Part shown: in pieces, positions 17,807 to 27,493 of the stretch
How the letters are laid out: each line of letters begins with the position of its first letter
How positions within the stretch are numbered: position 1 is the stretch's first letter
NCBI GenBank assembly: GCA_964658845.1
Contig: CBAAAE010000002.1
Span: 1 to 44,081 of the forward strand
From: an uncultured Novosphingobium sp.
Lineage (GTDB): Bacteria > Acidobacteriota > Terriglobia > Terriglobales > Acidobacteriaceae
Length of the DNA stretch: 44,081 nt
Direction: 5' to 3'
The notes under the pieces: model-generated
Seen by the model: only the letters and a program-made list of their open reading frames with translations
The model's database searches: none
What the model was told of the DNA's origin: nothing
Program-made: the position numbers and the translations under genes

Positions 17807-18529
17807 ATGCCTTCGACGCTCACGACCTCGACCACTCTTGACCTTCGCGAACTCCCTCGAACGTACGCGTCCCCCTTGCGCCTGCTGGTTGCAGACGAGC
17901 GGCCGGTGATGCGCTTCGGCGTCAAGCACATGCTGCAGGACGAACGGGACGTTCACGTTGTAGGTGAAGCCAGCGACGGGGAAGCCGCAAAGATGCAGAC
18001 CCTGCAGCAGCAACCGGACATCCTTCTGCTCGGCGTTCAGGTGCCGCGTCATGGACTGGACGTTCTGCGCGCGGTTCTGGACGAACTGCCCTCGGTAAAG
18101 GTGCTGCTTATGACGGGCAAGACGTCAGCGGCCGAGACCCTCGCCGCACTGGAAACAGGTGCGCGCGGCATGGTGCAGAACACCTCTCCGCCTCACGAAC
18201 TTTCGCTCGGAATCCATGCGGTGGCAGGTGGAGACTATTGGATTCGCGGACAGCGCATCCGCAACCTGGCGCATGCGGTGCAGGAACTGACCGCGCAGGC
18301 CGCCGCTGCCGCACAGAAAAAGAACTTCGGCCTGACGCCGCGCGAGATCGAGGTGGTGCGCTGCATCCTGGAGGGCTGCTCCAACCGCGACATCGCGAAG
18401 CGGTTCCTCATCAGCGAAGAAACGGTCAAACGGCATCTGTCCAACATCTTCGACAAGACAGGCGTATCCACCCGTCTTGAACTTGCCTTATTTGCGTTGT
18501 CCCGGAAACTCGCCGGCACTCACGCCTAG
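17807..18529 (+). CDS. NarL/LuxR-family response regulator with atypical receiver
   Basis: REC-like fold plus LuxR HTH (LTPREIEVV...SNRDIA...ISEETVKRHLSNIFDKTGV); start uncertain. Confidence 0.88.
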   Translation: MPSTLTTSTTLDLRELPRTYASPLRLLVADERPVMRFGVKHMLQDERDVHVVGEASDGEAAKMQTLQQQPDILLLGVQVPRHGLDVLRAVLDELPSVKVLLMTGKTSAAETLAALETGARGMVQNTSPPHELSLGIHAVAGGDYWIRGQRIRNLAHAVQELTAQAAAAAQKKNFGLTPREIEVVRCILEGCSNRDIAKRFLISEETVKRHLSNIFDKTGVSTRLELALFALSRKLAGTHA

Positions 18530-18663
18530 GATTGCAGCTGGAGTGGCAGGGGCGCAAAGCCGCTGGACTACCCGGCTACTTACGAGAGCATCGAATGGAT
18601 GGAATTGGATTTGACCCTTGCTGAGTCTGTGCGCAGGCGGCCCATTCCAGATAAAGAGGGATC

Positions 18664-20262
18664 ATGAAGCGTTTCAAGGTTACGGCTGCGATGTTTGGAG
18701 CGGCAACAGTGTTGAGCGGTGTCCTGGCGTGCGGCGCGTCGGCGGCAGCGCAAGAGTTGAACCCGACAGCCGACCCAAGAACAGCAAACGGCGTCCAGAA
18801 TGGCGGACGTCCGGTGGGAGAGATCAACGGTGTACCGCTCTACCGCGTCAACGTGGTCCGGCGCGACCTGGACGCGGTGAATTACTTCCACCGCAGCGGT
18901 TCCACGAAGATCTCCATGGACGGCACAACGCTGCTGCCGCGTGCAAAAGGCGACGCCAAAGTCGGCAGCGACAAAGGCAAGATTGCCGTGGATGTACACC
19001 TGGAAGGCCTGACACCGGCGAATGGTTTTGGACCGGAGTACCTGACCTACGTTTTATGGGCGATCACACCTGAGGGAACGCCCTCAAGGCTCGGCGAAGT
19101 GCTGCCTTCCGGCGGCGGAAACAAGGTTGACCTGCACGTCACCACAGATCTGCAGGCCTTTGGCCTGATTGTGACTGCAGAACCCTACTTTGCGGTGAAT
19201 GTGCCAAGCGACGTGGTCGTGATGGAAAACCACGTCATCCAGGACAAAACTGCGGGCGTGTTGACCAAGGTGAATGCCCATTACACCCTCCTGCCAAAGG
19301 GCTTGTACGCGCAGACCGATGGATCGAAAACCGTCTTCGATCCGATCACGCGCAACGAGCACAGCCCACTCGAACTTTACGAGGCACATAACGCGTACAA
19401 CATCGCCGTTGCCGCGGGCGCGGAGCGCTATGCGCCCGACATCCTGGCGAAGGTGAAGACGGACCTGAAGAACGCGGACGACCTGGATCAGAACAAGCAT
19501 CGCGACGAAAAGCTCGAAATCACCTATGCGCGCTCGGCAGTCCAGGGCGCTGAAGACGCGCGCATCAGCACGCTGCGCAAGAAGGAAGCGGAACGCCAGC
19601 AGGCACAGATTGAAGCCCGGCAGAGCGCCGAGGCTCAGGCCGCTCAGTCGCAGCTGGCGGCACAGCAGGCAGCTCTGAACGCTGAGCGCGCACGCGCCGC
19701 CGCAGACCGTGAGGCAGCCGAGCGCGCACGTGCCGAGGCACAGGCCGCGAACGCCAACGCCGCTGCAGCGGACTCTGCTGCGAAGGCCGCGGCGGCCCAG
19801 CAGTCCGTGGTCGCCCTACGCGAAAAGCTGCGTGCGCAACTGAACGCGGTCCTCGCCACGCAGGAAACGCCACGCGGTCTCGTCGTCACACTGGGTGACG
19901 TGCTGTTCGATACAGGCAAGAGCAATCTCAAGCAGAACGCACAGATCTCGCTCGCAAAGGTCTCTGTCATCCTGCAGCAGTACCCTGACCTGAAACTGCA
20001 GATCGAGGGTTATACAGACTCCGTGGGCGGTGACGAATATAACCTGAAGCTGAGCCAGGATCGCGCGAACGCGACGCAGGCCTTTCTCATCAGCAACAAC
20101 GTAAACCCCGGCAGCGTAACAGCCATGGGCTACGGTAAGTCCCATCCAGTAGCCGACAATACCTCGGCCGCCGGCAAGGCACAGAATCGCCGCGTGGAGA
20201 TGGTCGTCTCAGGTCCTTCGATTGGTGTCGCAACGCAGGCACCAAGCGACAGCGGTCACTAA
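18664..20262 (+). CDS. OmpA-family peptidoglycan-binding protein with large N-terminal domain and Ala-rich coiled coil
   Basis: Signal peptide; DVLFDTGK, IEGYTDSVG, NLKLSQDRA, GYGKSHPVADN, NRRVE; DUF4398-like AERYAP helix; RBS AGAGGG. Confidence 0.92.
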   Translation: MKRFKVTAAMFGAATVLSGVLACGASAAAQELNPTADPRTANGVQNGGRPVGEINGVPLYRVNVVRRDLDAVNYFHRSGSTKISMDGTTLLPRAKGDAKVGSDKGKIAVDVHLEGLTPANGFGPEYLTYVLWAITPEGTPSRLGEVLPSGGGNKVDLHVTTDLQAFGLIVTAEPYFAVNVPSDVVVMENHVIQDKTAGVLTKVNAHYTLLPKGLYAQTDGSKTVFDPITRNEHSPLELYEAHNAYNIAVAAGAERYAPDILAKVKTDLKNADDLDQNKHRDEKLEITYARSAVQGAEDARISTLRKKEAERQQAQIEARQSAEAQAAQSQLAAQQAALNAERARAAADREAAERARAEAQAANANAAAADSAAKAAAAQQSVVALREKLRAQLNAVLATQETPRGLVVTLGDVLFDTGKSNLKQNAQISLAKVSVILQQYPDLKLQIEGYTDSVGGDEYNLKLSQDRANATQAFLISNNVNPGSVTAMGYGKSHPVADNTSAAGKAQNRRVEMVVSGPSIGVATQAPSDSGH

Positions 20263-20283
20263 CCAAACCATGGATCACGTGGG

Positions 20284-20310
20284 AGAGAGGCTGCCCCGGC
20301 GGCCTCTTTC
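20284..20310 (+). terminator. Probable terminator after the OmpA-family gene
   Basis: AGAGAGGCTGCC-cc-GGCGGCCTCTTT followed by a pyrimidine-rich tail. Confidence 0.65.
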
Positions 20311-20432
20311 CTCTTTGTCTCGACCGTGCAGGATTGTGCGAGGCCGTACCCTTTCAATTCAGGCGCCCCTTTTGTCCCTTAATCTTTTCCGAGTAACATC
20401 GGCATAACATCCACACAGGATTCTAAGGACAC

Positions 20433-21209
20433 ATGGGCATCAGCATTCGAGGCAAGATTGCATTCGTCACCGGCGCCAGCGCGGGCATAGGTCGCTCCAC
20501 AGCGCTGGCGCTTGCCGGCGAAGGCGCAAATCTGCTGCTGTGCGCACGATCGACCGACGCGCTGGAAGTCATGCGGCCGGAGTTACTACGCGCGGGGGCG
20601 GCGGATGTACACGTCATTGCACTTGATGTACGCAACCGCATCGAAGTCGAGTCGGCAGTTGCCGAGCTGCCCGCCGCATGGCAAAACATTGAAATCCTCG
20701 TCAACAACGCAGGCCTGGCCCGCGGTCTCGAGAAGATCTACCTGGACGACCCGGACTTCTGGGACGAGATGATCGATACCAACACTAAGGGACTGCTGTA
20801 TGTCACGCGCGCGGTTCTGCCGGGCATGGTCGAGCGCGGTGCAGGTCACGTGGTCAACCTGGGATCAACTGCGGGATGGACGGCGTACGCGGGCGGCGCT
20901 GTGTACTGTGCGACCAAGGCAGCAGAGCGCATGCTGAGCGAAGGCATGCGAATCGACCTGCTGGGAACGCCGGTACGCGTCACCAGCGTGGATCCGGGCA
21001 TGGTGGAAACGCGCTTCAGCGAGGTCCGGTTCGGCGGCGACAAGGAACGGGCCGCGAAGGTCTACGCGAATGTGGTGCCGCTCACACCGGAGGACGTCGC
21101 AGACGCCATCGTATGGGCTGTGACGCGTCCAGCACACGTGAATGTGTCGTCCTTGCTGCTGACGTCTATCAGCCAGGCAAACGCCGTCACCATCCATCGA
21201 ACTTCGTGA
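20433..21209 (+). CDS. SDR-family NADP-dependent oxidoreductase (YdfG-like)
   Basis: TGASAGIG, NNAGLARG, YCATK, DPGMVETRFS.VRF. Confidence 0.92.
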   Translation: MGISIRGKIAFVTGASAGIGRSTALALAGEGANLLLCARSTDALEVMRPELLRAGAADVHVIALDVRNRIEVESAVAELPAAWQNIEILVNNAGLARGLEKIYLDDPDFWDEMIDTNTKGLLYVTRAVLPGMVERGAGHVVNLGSTAGWTAYAGGAVYCATKAAERMLSEGMRIDLLGTPVRVTSVDPGMVETRFSEVRFGGDKERAAKVYANVVPLTPEDVADAIVWAVTRPAHVNVSSLLLTSISQANAVTIHRTS

Positions 21210-21283
21210 CACAGAAGGTCTGTTTTGAGCCAACGGAACGTGGCGCGTAGCAACTTGGCATATATGCGCTCTATCCTAGGAAG

Positions 21284-24200
21284 ATGACCCGCAGACCCAA
21301 GCCTCTGTTTCAGAGCAAGATCGACTCGGCTCGAGTTTTCCGCGGCATGGCTGCGCTTTCGGCGGTGGCGGTCCTGTCATGCACGGGCGCCCTGGCGCAG
21401 GGAGCGAACGCGTCGCTCTCCGGCATGGTGCGCGACGCCAGCGGAGCACAGGTCGCGCATGCACGGGTCACGGTCACGGAAGAGAGCCGTGCAGCGCGGC
21501 GGTCCACAGACTCCAACGCGGCCGGTATGTATGCGATGCCGCAACTGCCTGCGGGCCAGTACCGCATCACGGTCGAGGCCCCGGGCTTCGCTGCTGCGCA
21601 GCAAAGCGTTCTGCTGACGGTGGGCGAGCGCGCCAACCTTGATGTGCAGTTGCAGGTGCAGGCGACCACGGCAGACATCACAGTGCAGACAGCCGAAGCC
21701 GTCGTGGAACGAGAAGACCCATCGTTGTCTGCCGTCACCGGTGCGCGGTCGATCGAGCAGTTGCCGCTGAACGGCCGGGACACCACGCAACTCGCTCTGC
21801 TGTCGCCCGGCGTGGTACCGTCGCGGCGCGTCAACCCGGATTCGCAGGGTCTCGGCCGACAGGTTTCGATCGAGGGCCGGCGACCGAACCAGGTCGAGTT
21901 TCTGCTGGACGGCACAGACGTCAACGATGCGTACAACAACACGCCCGGTGGCGCGTCCGGCGTCATTCCCGGTGTGGATTCCATTGCGCAGTTTCGCGTG
22001 TTAACCAACGGCTACGGAGCCGAGTTTGGCCGCACCGCGGGCGGCATCATCGACGAGATCACGCGGAGCGGCACCAACCGCCTGCACGGCAGCGCGTTCG
22101 AGTTTGTGCGCAACTCCGCGCTCGATGCGAAGAACTATTTCGATTCTCCAACTGCTCCCATCCCGGCTTTTCAGCGGAACCAGTTCGGCGGTTCCGCCGG
22201 CGGGCCCATCGGCCACGCTAAAACGTTCTACTTCGGCAACTACGAAGGTCTGCGGCAGGATCTTGGCCTGACCACGCAGGCGCTGGTGCCAAACGCGACG
22301 TCGCGCGCCACCGGCGTGGCCGCCGTTCAGCCCTTCCTGGCGATCATCCCGTCGCCCAACAGCACGATCTTCAATGACGGCACGGGTATCTACCAGTCAA
22401 CCAACACCAGCGTCACGGATGAGGATTTCTTCGTCGCGCGCTTCGACCACCAGCGTTCCGACAGCACGTCTTACTTCGCGCGCTTTCAGTTTGACAATGC
22501 CAACGTGCGCACGCCCGATTCGCTGCAGTTGTCCGCCAGCCACAACCGTTCCCGAGCGCAGTACTCCACTGTCCAGATGACGCATAGCTTCTCGCAGCGT
22601 TTGGTCAATGAAGCTCGCGCCAGTTATAACCGCTCGTACTACACGTTGGAATACAACATCTTGCCGAACCTGGATCCATCGCTGTCGTTCGTGCCGGGCA
22701 ATCCATTCGGATCGATCAGCATCACGGGCCTCGCCATGATCGGACCGATGCGCTTCGGCCCGAACGTTAATGTCCTTAACTTGTTTCAAGGCAGCGATGA
22801 CCTTACCTTCATCGCAGGCCGACATACCATTGCCTTCGGTGTCGATGAGAAGCAGATCCTGTTTCCGCAGCAGGCAGCGCAATCGCAGAACGGCTTCTAC
22901 CAGTTCACATCGGTCGCAAACTTTCTTGCGGCAAGGCCTTCCGCGGTTGAGATTGCTGCACCCGGCTCAAACCCGCGGCGGCACTGGCGCCAGCACATGG
23001 AAGCCGCCTACATCACCGACACCTACCGCGCCAGCCAGGCGCTCAGCGTTACCGCCGGCGTTCGCTATGAGCGTGCCAGCGTACCCGTCGAAACGGATGG
23101 CCTGCAGGCTACCGTGCGCGACGTGCTGCACGATACGGCTGACACCGTCGGTCCGCTCTATACGAATCCAGCGAACGCGAACTTTGCTCCCCGCGTGGGA
23201 TTTGCTTACTCGCCCGCAGCACGCACCACCAGCGTGCGCGGCGCCTTCGGCGTGTACTTCGACCCATTGTGGACGGACTTCTACCTGAACTCCGGCAGCC
23301 GTCAGCCGCCGTTCTTTACCGTGGGTAGCGTCAACGCTCCCACATTCCCTCACGTGACCATCACGCCGCAGAACTTCGTGCTTGGCCGCATCGATGTTGT
23401 GCAGTACCACCCTGCCAGCCCGTACGTCATGCAGTGGAACACCAGCGTGCAGCAGCAGCTGGCGCGGGGCGCGGTGCTGACGATTGCCTACTCCGCCAAC
23501 CGGGGTGTGCATGACCAGCGCATCGTAGACGAGAACCAGGCCATTCCGCAGATCGTCAACGGCCGCAAGTTTTTCCCGCTGACCTCCACGGTGCGCAATC
23601 CGGCGTTCACTGCCATTCGTTACAAGGAGACGAACGGCCTCTCCAGCTACCACGCTCTGCGCGCCACGCTGGATTATCGCTTCCATGATTTCCTGCAGTT
23701 GCGCTCGACCTATGCGTGGAGCAAGTCGCTCGACACCAGCTCGCTGGTTACCGCGCAGGGCACTGAGAACGATGTGCCGCAGGACCCAGACAGCCTGGCC
23801 GCGGAGAAGGGCCTGTCGAACTATGACCTGCGGCATTACTCCAGCACCTCCATCACCACCAATCTGCCGCGCTTCGGTGGGCCCAGGTGGCTGGGTGCAG
23901 GCTGGCAGGTGAACGGCATCGGCGTGTTCAGTTCGGGCGCACCGTTTTCTGCCCTGGTCAGCTATGACAGTGCGCGAGCGCGCTTCGGTACAGGCCCTTC
24001 ACCAGAGCGCCCTGACCTGGTGGTCGGACGCACTTCCAACCCTATTAAGGGCGGCCCGGTGCAGTACTTTGACCCGACTGCCTTCGCGCTGCCAGCGCCC
24101 GGTTTCTACGGGAACCTGGGTCGCAACACCCTCATCGGTCCCGGGCTCATCTCGATCGACGGCGCCATCAACAAGAGCTTCCTCTTCGGCGAGCGCAGCA

Positions 24201-24370
24201 AGTTACAGCTCCGCGCCGAGGTCTTTAACATCCCGAATCGAGCGAACTTCGCCATCCCCAGCCAGCGCAACGTCTTCACCACGACGGGCCGCGTAGCCAG
24301 CGCGGGCCTGATCACGAATACGCTGACAAGCTCACGGCAAATCCAGGTCGGAGCACGTTTCGATTTCTAA
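21284..24370 (+). CDS. Oar-like TonB-dependent receptor with N-terminal carboxypeptidase-regulatory-like domain
   Basis: SGMVRDASGA, LPLNGRD, YGAEFGR, RSGTNRLHGS, QRNQFGGS, NFAPRVGFAY, C-terminal RQIQVGARFDF. Confidence 0.93.
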   Translation: MTRRPKPLFQSKIDSARVFRGMAALSAVAVLSCTGALAQGANASLSGMVRDASGAQVAHARVTVTEESRAARRSTDSNAAGMYAMPQLPAGQYRITVEAPGFAAAQQSVLLTVGERANLDVQLQVQATTADITVQTAEAVVEREDPSLSAVTGARSIEQLPLNGRDTTQLALLSPGVVPSRRVNPDSQGLGRQVSIEGRRPNQVEFLLDGTDVNDAYNNTPGGASGVIPGVDSIAQFRVLTNGYGAEFGRTAGGIIDEITRSGTNRLHGSAFEFVRNSALDAKNYFDSPTAPIPAFQRNQFGGSAGGPIGHAKTFYFGNYEGLRQDLGLTTQALVPNATSRATGVAAVQPFLAIIPSPNSTIFNDGTGIYQSTNTSVTDEDFFVARFDHQRSDSTSYFARFQFDNANVRTPDSLQLSASHNRSRAQYSTVQMTHSFSQRLVNEARASYNRSYYTLEYNILPNLDPSLSFVPGNPFGSISITGLAMIGPMRFGPNVNVLNLFQGSDDLTFIAGRHTIAFGVDEKQILFPQQAAQSQNGFYQFTSVANFLAARPSAVEIAAPGSNPRRHWRQHMEAAYITDTYRASQALSVTAGVRYERASVPVETDGLQATVRDVLHDTADTVGPLYTNPANANFAPRVGFAYSPAARTTSVRGAFGVYFDPLWTDFYLNSGSRQPPFFTVGSVNAPTFPHVTITPQNFVLGRIDVVQYHPASPYVMQWNTSVQQQLARGAVLTIAYSANRGVHDQRIVDENQAIPQIVNGRKFFPLTSTVRNPAFTAIRYKETNGLSSYHALRATLDYRFHDFLQLRSTYAWSKSLDTSSLVTAQGTENDVPQDPDSLAAEKGLSNYDLRHYSSTSITTNLPRFGGPRWLGAGWQVNGIGVFSSGAPFSALVSYDSARARFGTGPSPERPDLVVGRTSNPIKGGPVQYFDPTAFALPAPGFYGNLGRNTLIGPGLISIDGAINKSFLFGERSKLQLRAEVFNIPNRANFAIPSQRNVFTTTGRVASAGLITNTLTSSRQIQVGARFDF

Positions 24371-24393
24371 CGATCTCGACATCAGAACGGAGC

Positions 24394-24750
24394 ATGGTGA
24401 AGAAAGCAGTAAAGCAGACGAACAAGACCACGGCCAAATCAGCAGCGAAGAAGTCCGCAAGACGGCCGGTGAAGTCATCGGCAAGACACGTTGCGATCGC
24501 TAAAAAGCAGCCGGCAGCAAACGGGGTATCGCTCGCTCATCGGCTTGACTCCCTGCTGCACACCATGCGCTGCATTGCCCAGCACGAGGACGAACTCTGC
24601 ACGCTGCTGCACGATGCTAGGCGCTCCGGCAAGGTCAGCGGAAAGCTGTTGCGCGAACTACATACCCTTCTCGATGAGCTCCCAGCGGAGGAGTACACGT
24701 TCGATCTGGACGCGGTTCGAGAGATGGTCACGGGCATCGTCGCAGCATAG
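24394..24750 (+). CDS. Hypothetical protein with Lys/Ala/Ser-rich N-terminus
   Basis: RBS GGAG; fills the gap between the receptor and GT2 genes; basic tail followed by a helical acidic domain. Confidence 0.6.
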   Translation: MVKKAVKQTNKTTAKSAAKKSARRPVKSSARHVAIAKKQPAANGVSLAHRLDSLLHTMRCIAQHEDELCTLLHDARRSGKVSGKLLRELHTLLDELPAEEYTFDLDAVREMVTGIVAA

Positions 24751-24782
24751 CCTGGCAGGCTCTGCGATAGACTCAGCCGAGC

Positions 24783-25565
24783 ATGCCCGGCCAGCCCACA
24801 CAGACGGTATCCGTCGCCATGATCGCGACGAACGAAGAGAAGAACCTGCCCCGCACGCTCGCGGGTGTTGCTGGTTGGGTGCATGAAATTGTTATCGTCG
24901 ACTCGGGTTCGACCGATCGCTCGCCTCAGATCGCTCGCGAGTTCGGTGCGAAACACAGCTTCAACCGCGACTTCAAGGGGCATGCCGAGCAGAAGAACAT
25001 CGCCATCGCACAGTGCACCGGCGACTGGATCCTGCTGCTGGACGGCGACGAAGTCGTGACGCCGGAGCTGGCCGCAGAGATCCAATCCGTACTCGCCAGC
25101 CCGGAGAAGAACGCCTACTGGATCCCACGGCTGAACATTTTTCTGACGCGATGGATGCGTCACGGCGGCCTGTATCCGGACGACAAGCTGAGGCTCTTTC
25201 GCCGCGGCATTGCCATGGTGGATGAGAGCATCGGACCACACGGTACGCCGCAGTACAACGCGGACAAGGGCCGCCTGCGTCATCACCTGCTGCACTACGG
25301 CTATCCAGATTTTGCCGGCTATCTGGACCACATGAACGAGTACAGCACGGGCACCGTCGTCGCTCTCAGCCGCCGCAAAGCGGGCGCATCAGACGGGATC
25401 ATCCTGCTGCAATCGATCGTCAATCCAGCATTCGGCTTCTTGAAGAATTACCTGCTGCGAGGTGGCTTTCTCGACGGCGCCGAGGGCCTGATCTTCCATC
25501 TGAACCACGCTGTCTACGCGCACTGGAAGTACGTCAAGGTATGGGAGGCGCGCCGGCGCCGCTAA
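24783..25565 (+). CDS. Glycosyltransferase family 2 (WaaE/KdtX-like LPS beta-glucosyltransferase type)
   Basis: NEEKNL, VDSGSTD, WILLLDGDE, YPD.KLRLF, GFLDG.EG. Confidence 0.9.
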   Translation: MPGQPTQTVSVAMIATNEEKNLPRTLAGVAGWVHEIVIVDSGSTDRSPQIAREFGAKHSFNRDFKGHAEQKNIAIAQCTGDWILLLDGDEVVTPELAAEIQSVLASPEKNAYWIPRLNIFLTRWMRHGGLYPDDKLRLFRRGIAMVDESIGPHGTPQYNADKGRLRHHLLHYGYPDFAGYLDHMNEYSTGTVVALSRRKAGASDGIILLQSIVNPAFGFLKNYLLRGGFLDGAEGLIFHLNHAVYAHWKYVKVWEARRRR

Positions 25566-26476
25566 CTCTTGAACAGGTTCTTTGCGAGAAAGAGCAGGTT
25601 CGCGGGCCGCTCCGCCAGCCGGCGCATGAAGTACGGATACCAATCCGTCCCGAACGGCAGGTAGACACGGACCCCGTAGCCTCGGGCCAGCAGGTCGCGC
25701 TGCAGGTCCCTCTGCACGCCAAACAACATCTGGAACTCGAACGCGCTCCGTGCGATTCCCTGCCCGGTTGCAAAGTGCTCTGTGGCCTCGATCATCGCCG
25801 CATCATGCGTGGCCATGCCGCAGAAGACGCCGGACGGCAGCATAGTTTGCATCAGCCTGACGTAGTTCTTGTCGACATCGGCCTTCTGCGGAAATGCGAT
25901 GGATGCCGGTTCCTTGTAGGCGCCCTTGCACAGCCGGATGCGAATGCCCTGCCGCAGCAGGCGCGCGGTATCTTCGGCCGTCCGAAACAGGTACGCCTGC
26001 AGAACGGTGCCCACCGCACCGGGAAACGCCGCGTGCAGGTGCTCTGTCAGAGCGATGGTGGCTTCGGTGTACGACGAACCTTCCATGTCGATGCGGACGA
26101 AATTGCCCAGCCGTTGGGCATGCTCGACGATGCCGCCGGCCGTGCTCTCAGCCAGCGCTGGCGAGACGTCCATGCCGACGCCCGTCAACTTCACGGACAC
26201 ATTCGCGTTCAAGCCGCGTGCAGCGATGGAGTCGAGCAGCTCGTGATACACGCCGGCAGCGGCGCGCGCCTGCGCTTCCGATTGGACACTTTCGCCCAGT
26301 GAATCGAGCGAAACGGCAAAGCCCTGCGTGTTCAAGTCGCGTGTGACGCGAAGGGCATCTTCAACGGTGAGGCCAGCGACGAAGCGGCTGGAGATGCGAC
26401 GCCCGGGCGCGGAGCGCTCCATCAGCCGGCGAAGCGTGGGGTTTCGGGAGAGTGCAATCAGAAAGGAACGAAGCAT
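25562..26476 (-). CDS. Monofunctional proline dehydrogenase
   Basis: RFVAG, VRIDME, VLQAYLFRT, RLCKGAYKE, ATHD, FEFQMLFG, YFMRRLAERPAN. Confidence 0.95.
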   Translation of the reverse strand: MLRSFLIALSRNPTLRRLMERSAPGRRISSRFVAGLTVEDALRVTRDLNTQGFAVSLDSLGESVQSEAQARAAAGVYHELLDSIAARGLNANVSVKLTGVGMDVSPALAESTAGGIVEHAQRLGNFVRIDMEGSSYTEATIALTEHLHAAFPGAVGTVLQAYLFRTAEDTARLLRQGIRIRLCKGAYKEPASIAFPQKADVDKNYVRLMQTMLPSGVFCGMATHDAAMIEATEHFATGQGIARSAFEFQMLFGVQRDLQRDLLARGYGVRVYLPFGTDWYPYFMRRLAERPANLLFLAKNLFKS

Positions 26477-26639
26477 CTCAGCAGAGTCTTGCCGTCACAG
26501 CAGCGTCATGTCAAATCCCTGCGCCCGTCCAACAGCACGTGCCTCGCCGGACGGAAATCGAACGGAACCTTTTCTCACAGCCAGAAGTAAATTTTGCCGG
26601 TGTAAACTTTAGCAACTTCGCAGCGCAGAGGATCGACGC

Positions 26640-26954
26640 ATGACAAAGGCTGAACTGGTAGACCAGGTAACCGGGGTGGGCGATCTGACGCGTCGTGACG
26701 GCGAGATCATCGTGGAGACCTTTTTCGAAGGCGTGATCGGCGCTTTGAAGGCGGACGAAAAGGTGGAGATCCGCGGCTTTGGATCGTTCCGGACGCGCCA
26801 GCGGAACTCGCGTACCGGGCGGAATCCGAAGACCGGCGACAAGGTCGATGTGCCGGCGAAACGTGTGCCGTATTTCAAGCCTTCGAAAGAACTGCGAGAC
26901 CTGGTGAACAACTCCAACAAAATCGACGATGCTTCCCTGTCAGACGCAGCCTAG
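26640..26954 (+). CDS. ihfB: HU/IHF-family DNA-binding protein (IHF beta-like)
   Basis: MTKAELV, VEIRGFGSF, GRNPKTG, KRVPYFKPSKELRDLVN. Confidence 0.85.
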   Translation: MTKAELVDQVTGVGDLTRRDGEIIVETFFEGVIGALKADEKVEIRGFGSFRTRQRNSRTGRNPKTGDKVDVPAKRVPYFKPSKELRDLVNNSNKIDDASLSDAA

Positions 26955-27409
26955 CCGATCTTTCCCGTGACTTCCGCTGCAGCGGAATCATTTTGGAGCA
27001 GGGCTCGGAAGACACGCTCGTAGGGCTCCGGCAGGGATCGCTTCACCATGTCGGGGTTGACGACCACGTGGGTCGTTCCGCCATCGCACAGCAGTTTGCC
27101 GTCGCTCACCCGCACCACCTCATAGCCGATCTTTATGACCGATCCGCGCATCGCGATCAGGCGGGTCCGAACCGCGATCTCGTCGTCATAGCGGGCCGGC
27201 GCGCGATACCGCAGCTCGGCCCCGACGACAGCGATCATGCATCCAAACTCCTGCTCCAGGCGCTGGTACGGGATGCCGAGCGACCGCAGCATCTCCACAC
27301 GGCCGACCTCAAACCAGACCAGGTAGTTCGCGTGATACACCACGCCCATCTGATCCGTTTCGGCGTAGCGCACACGCAAACGCGCTTCGGCGTGGAAAGT
27401 TCCGGGCAT
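26951..27409 (-). CDS. Acyl-CoA thioesterase, YbgC/FadM hot-dog family
   Basis: RVRYAETDQMGVVYHANYL.WFE.GR. Confidence 0.92.
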   Translation of the reverse strand: MPGTFHAEARLRVRYAETDQMGVVYHANYLVWFEVGRVEMLRSLGIPYQRLEQEFGCMIAVVGAELRYRAPARYDDEIAVRTRLIAMRGSVIKIGYEVVRVSDGKLLCDGGTTHVVVNPDMVKRSLPEPYERVFRALLQNDSAAAEVTGKIG

Positions 27410-27493
27410 GCTTGAAGTGTATCGGCTACCGCCATCCGGACCCGTCCGCAGGCATCGAATGGTACAACCAACAATCGGTCACAGGGAGGAACG

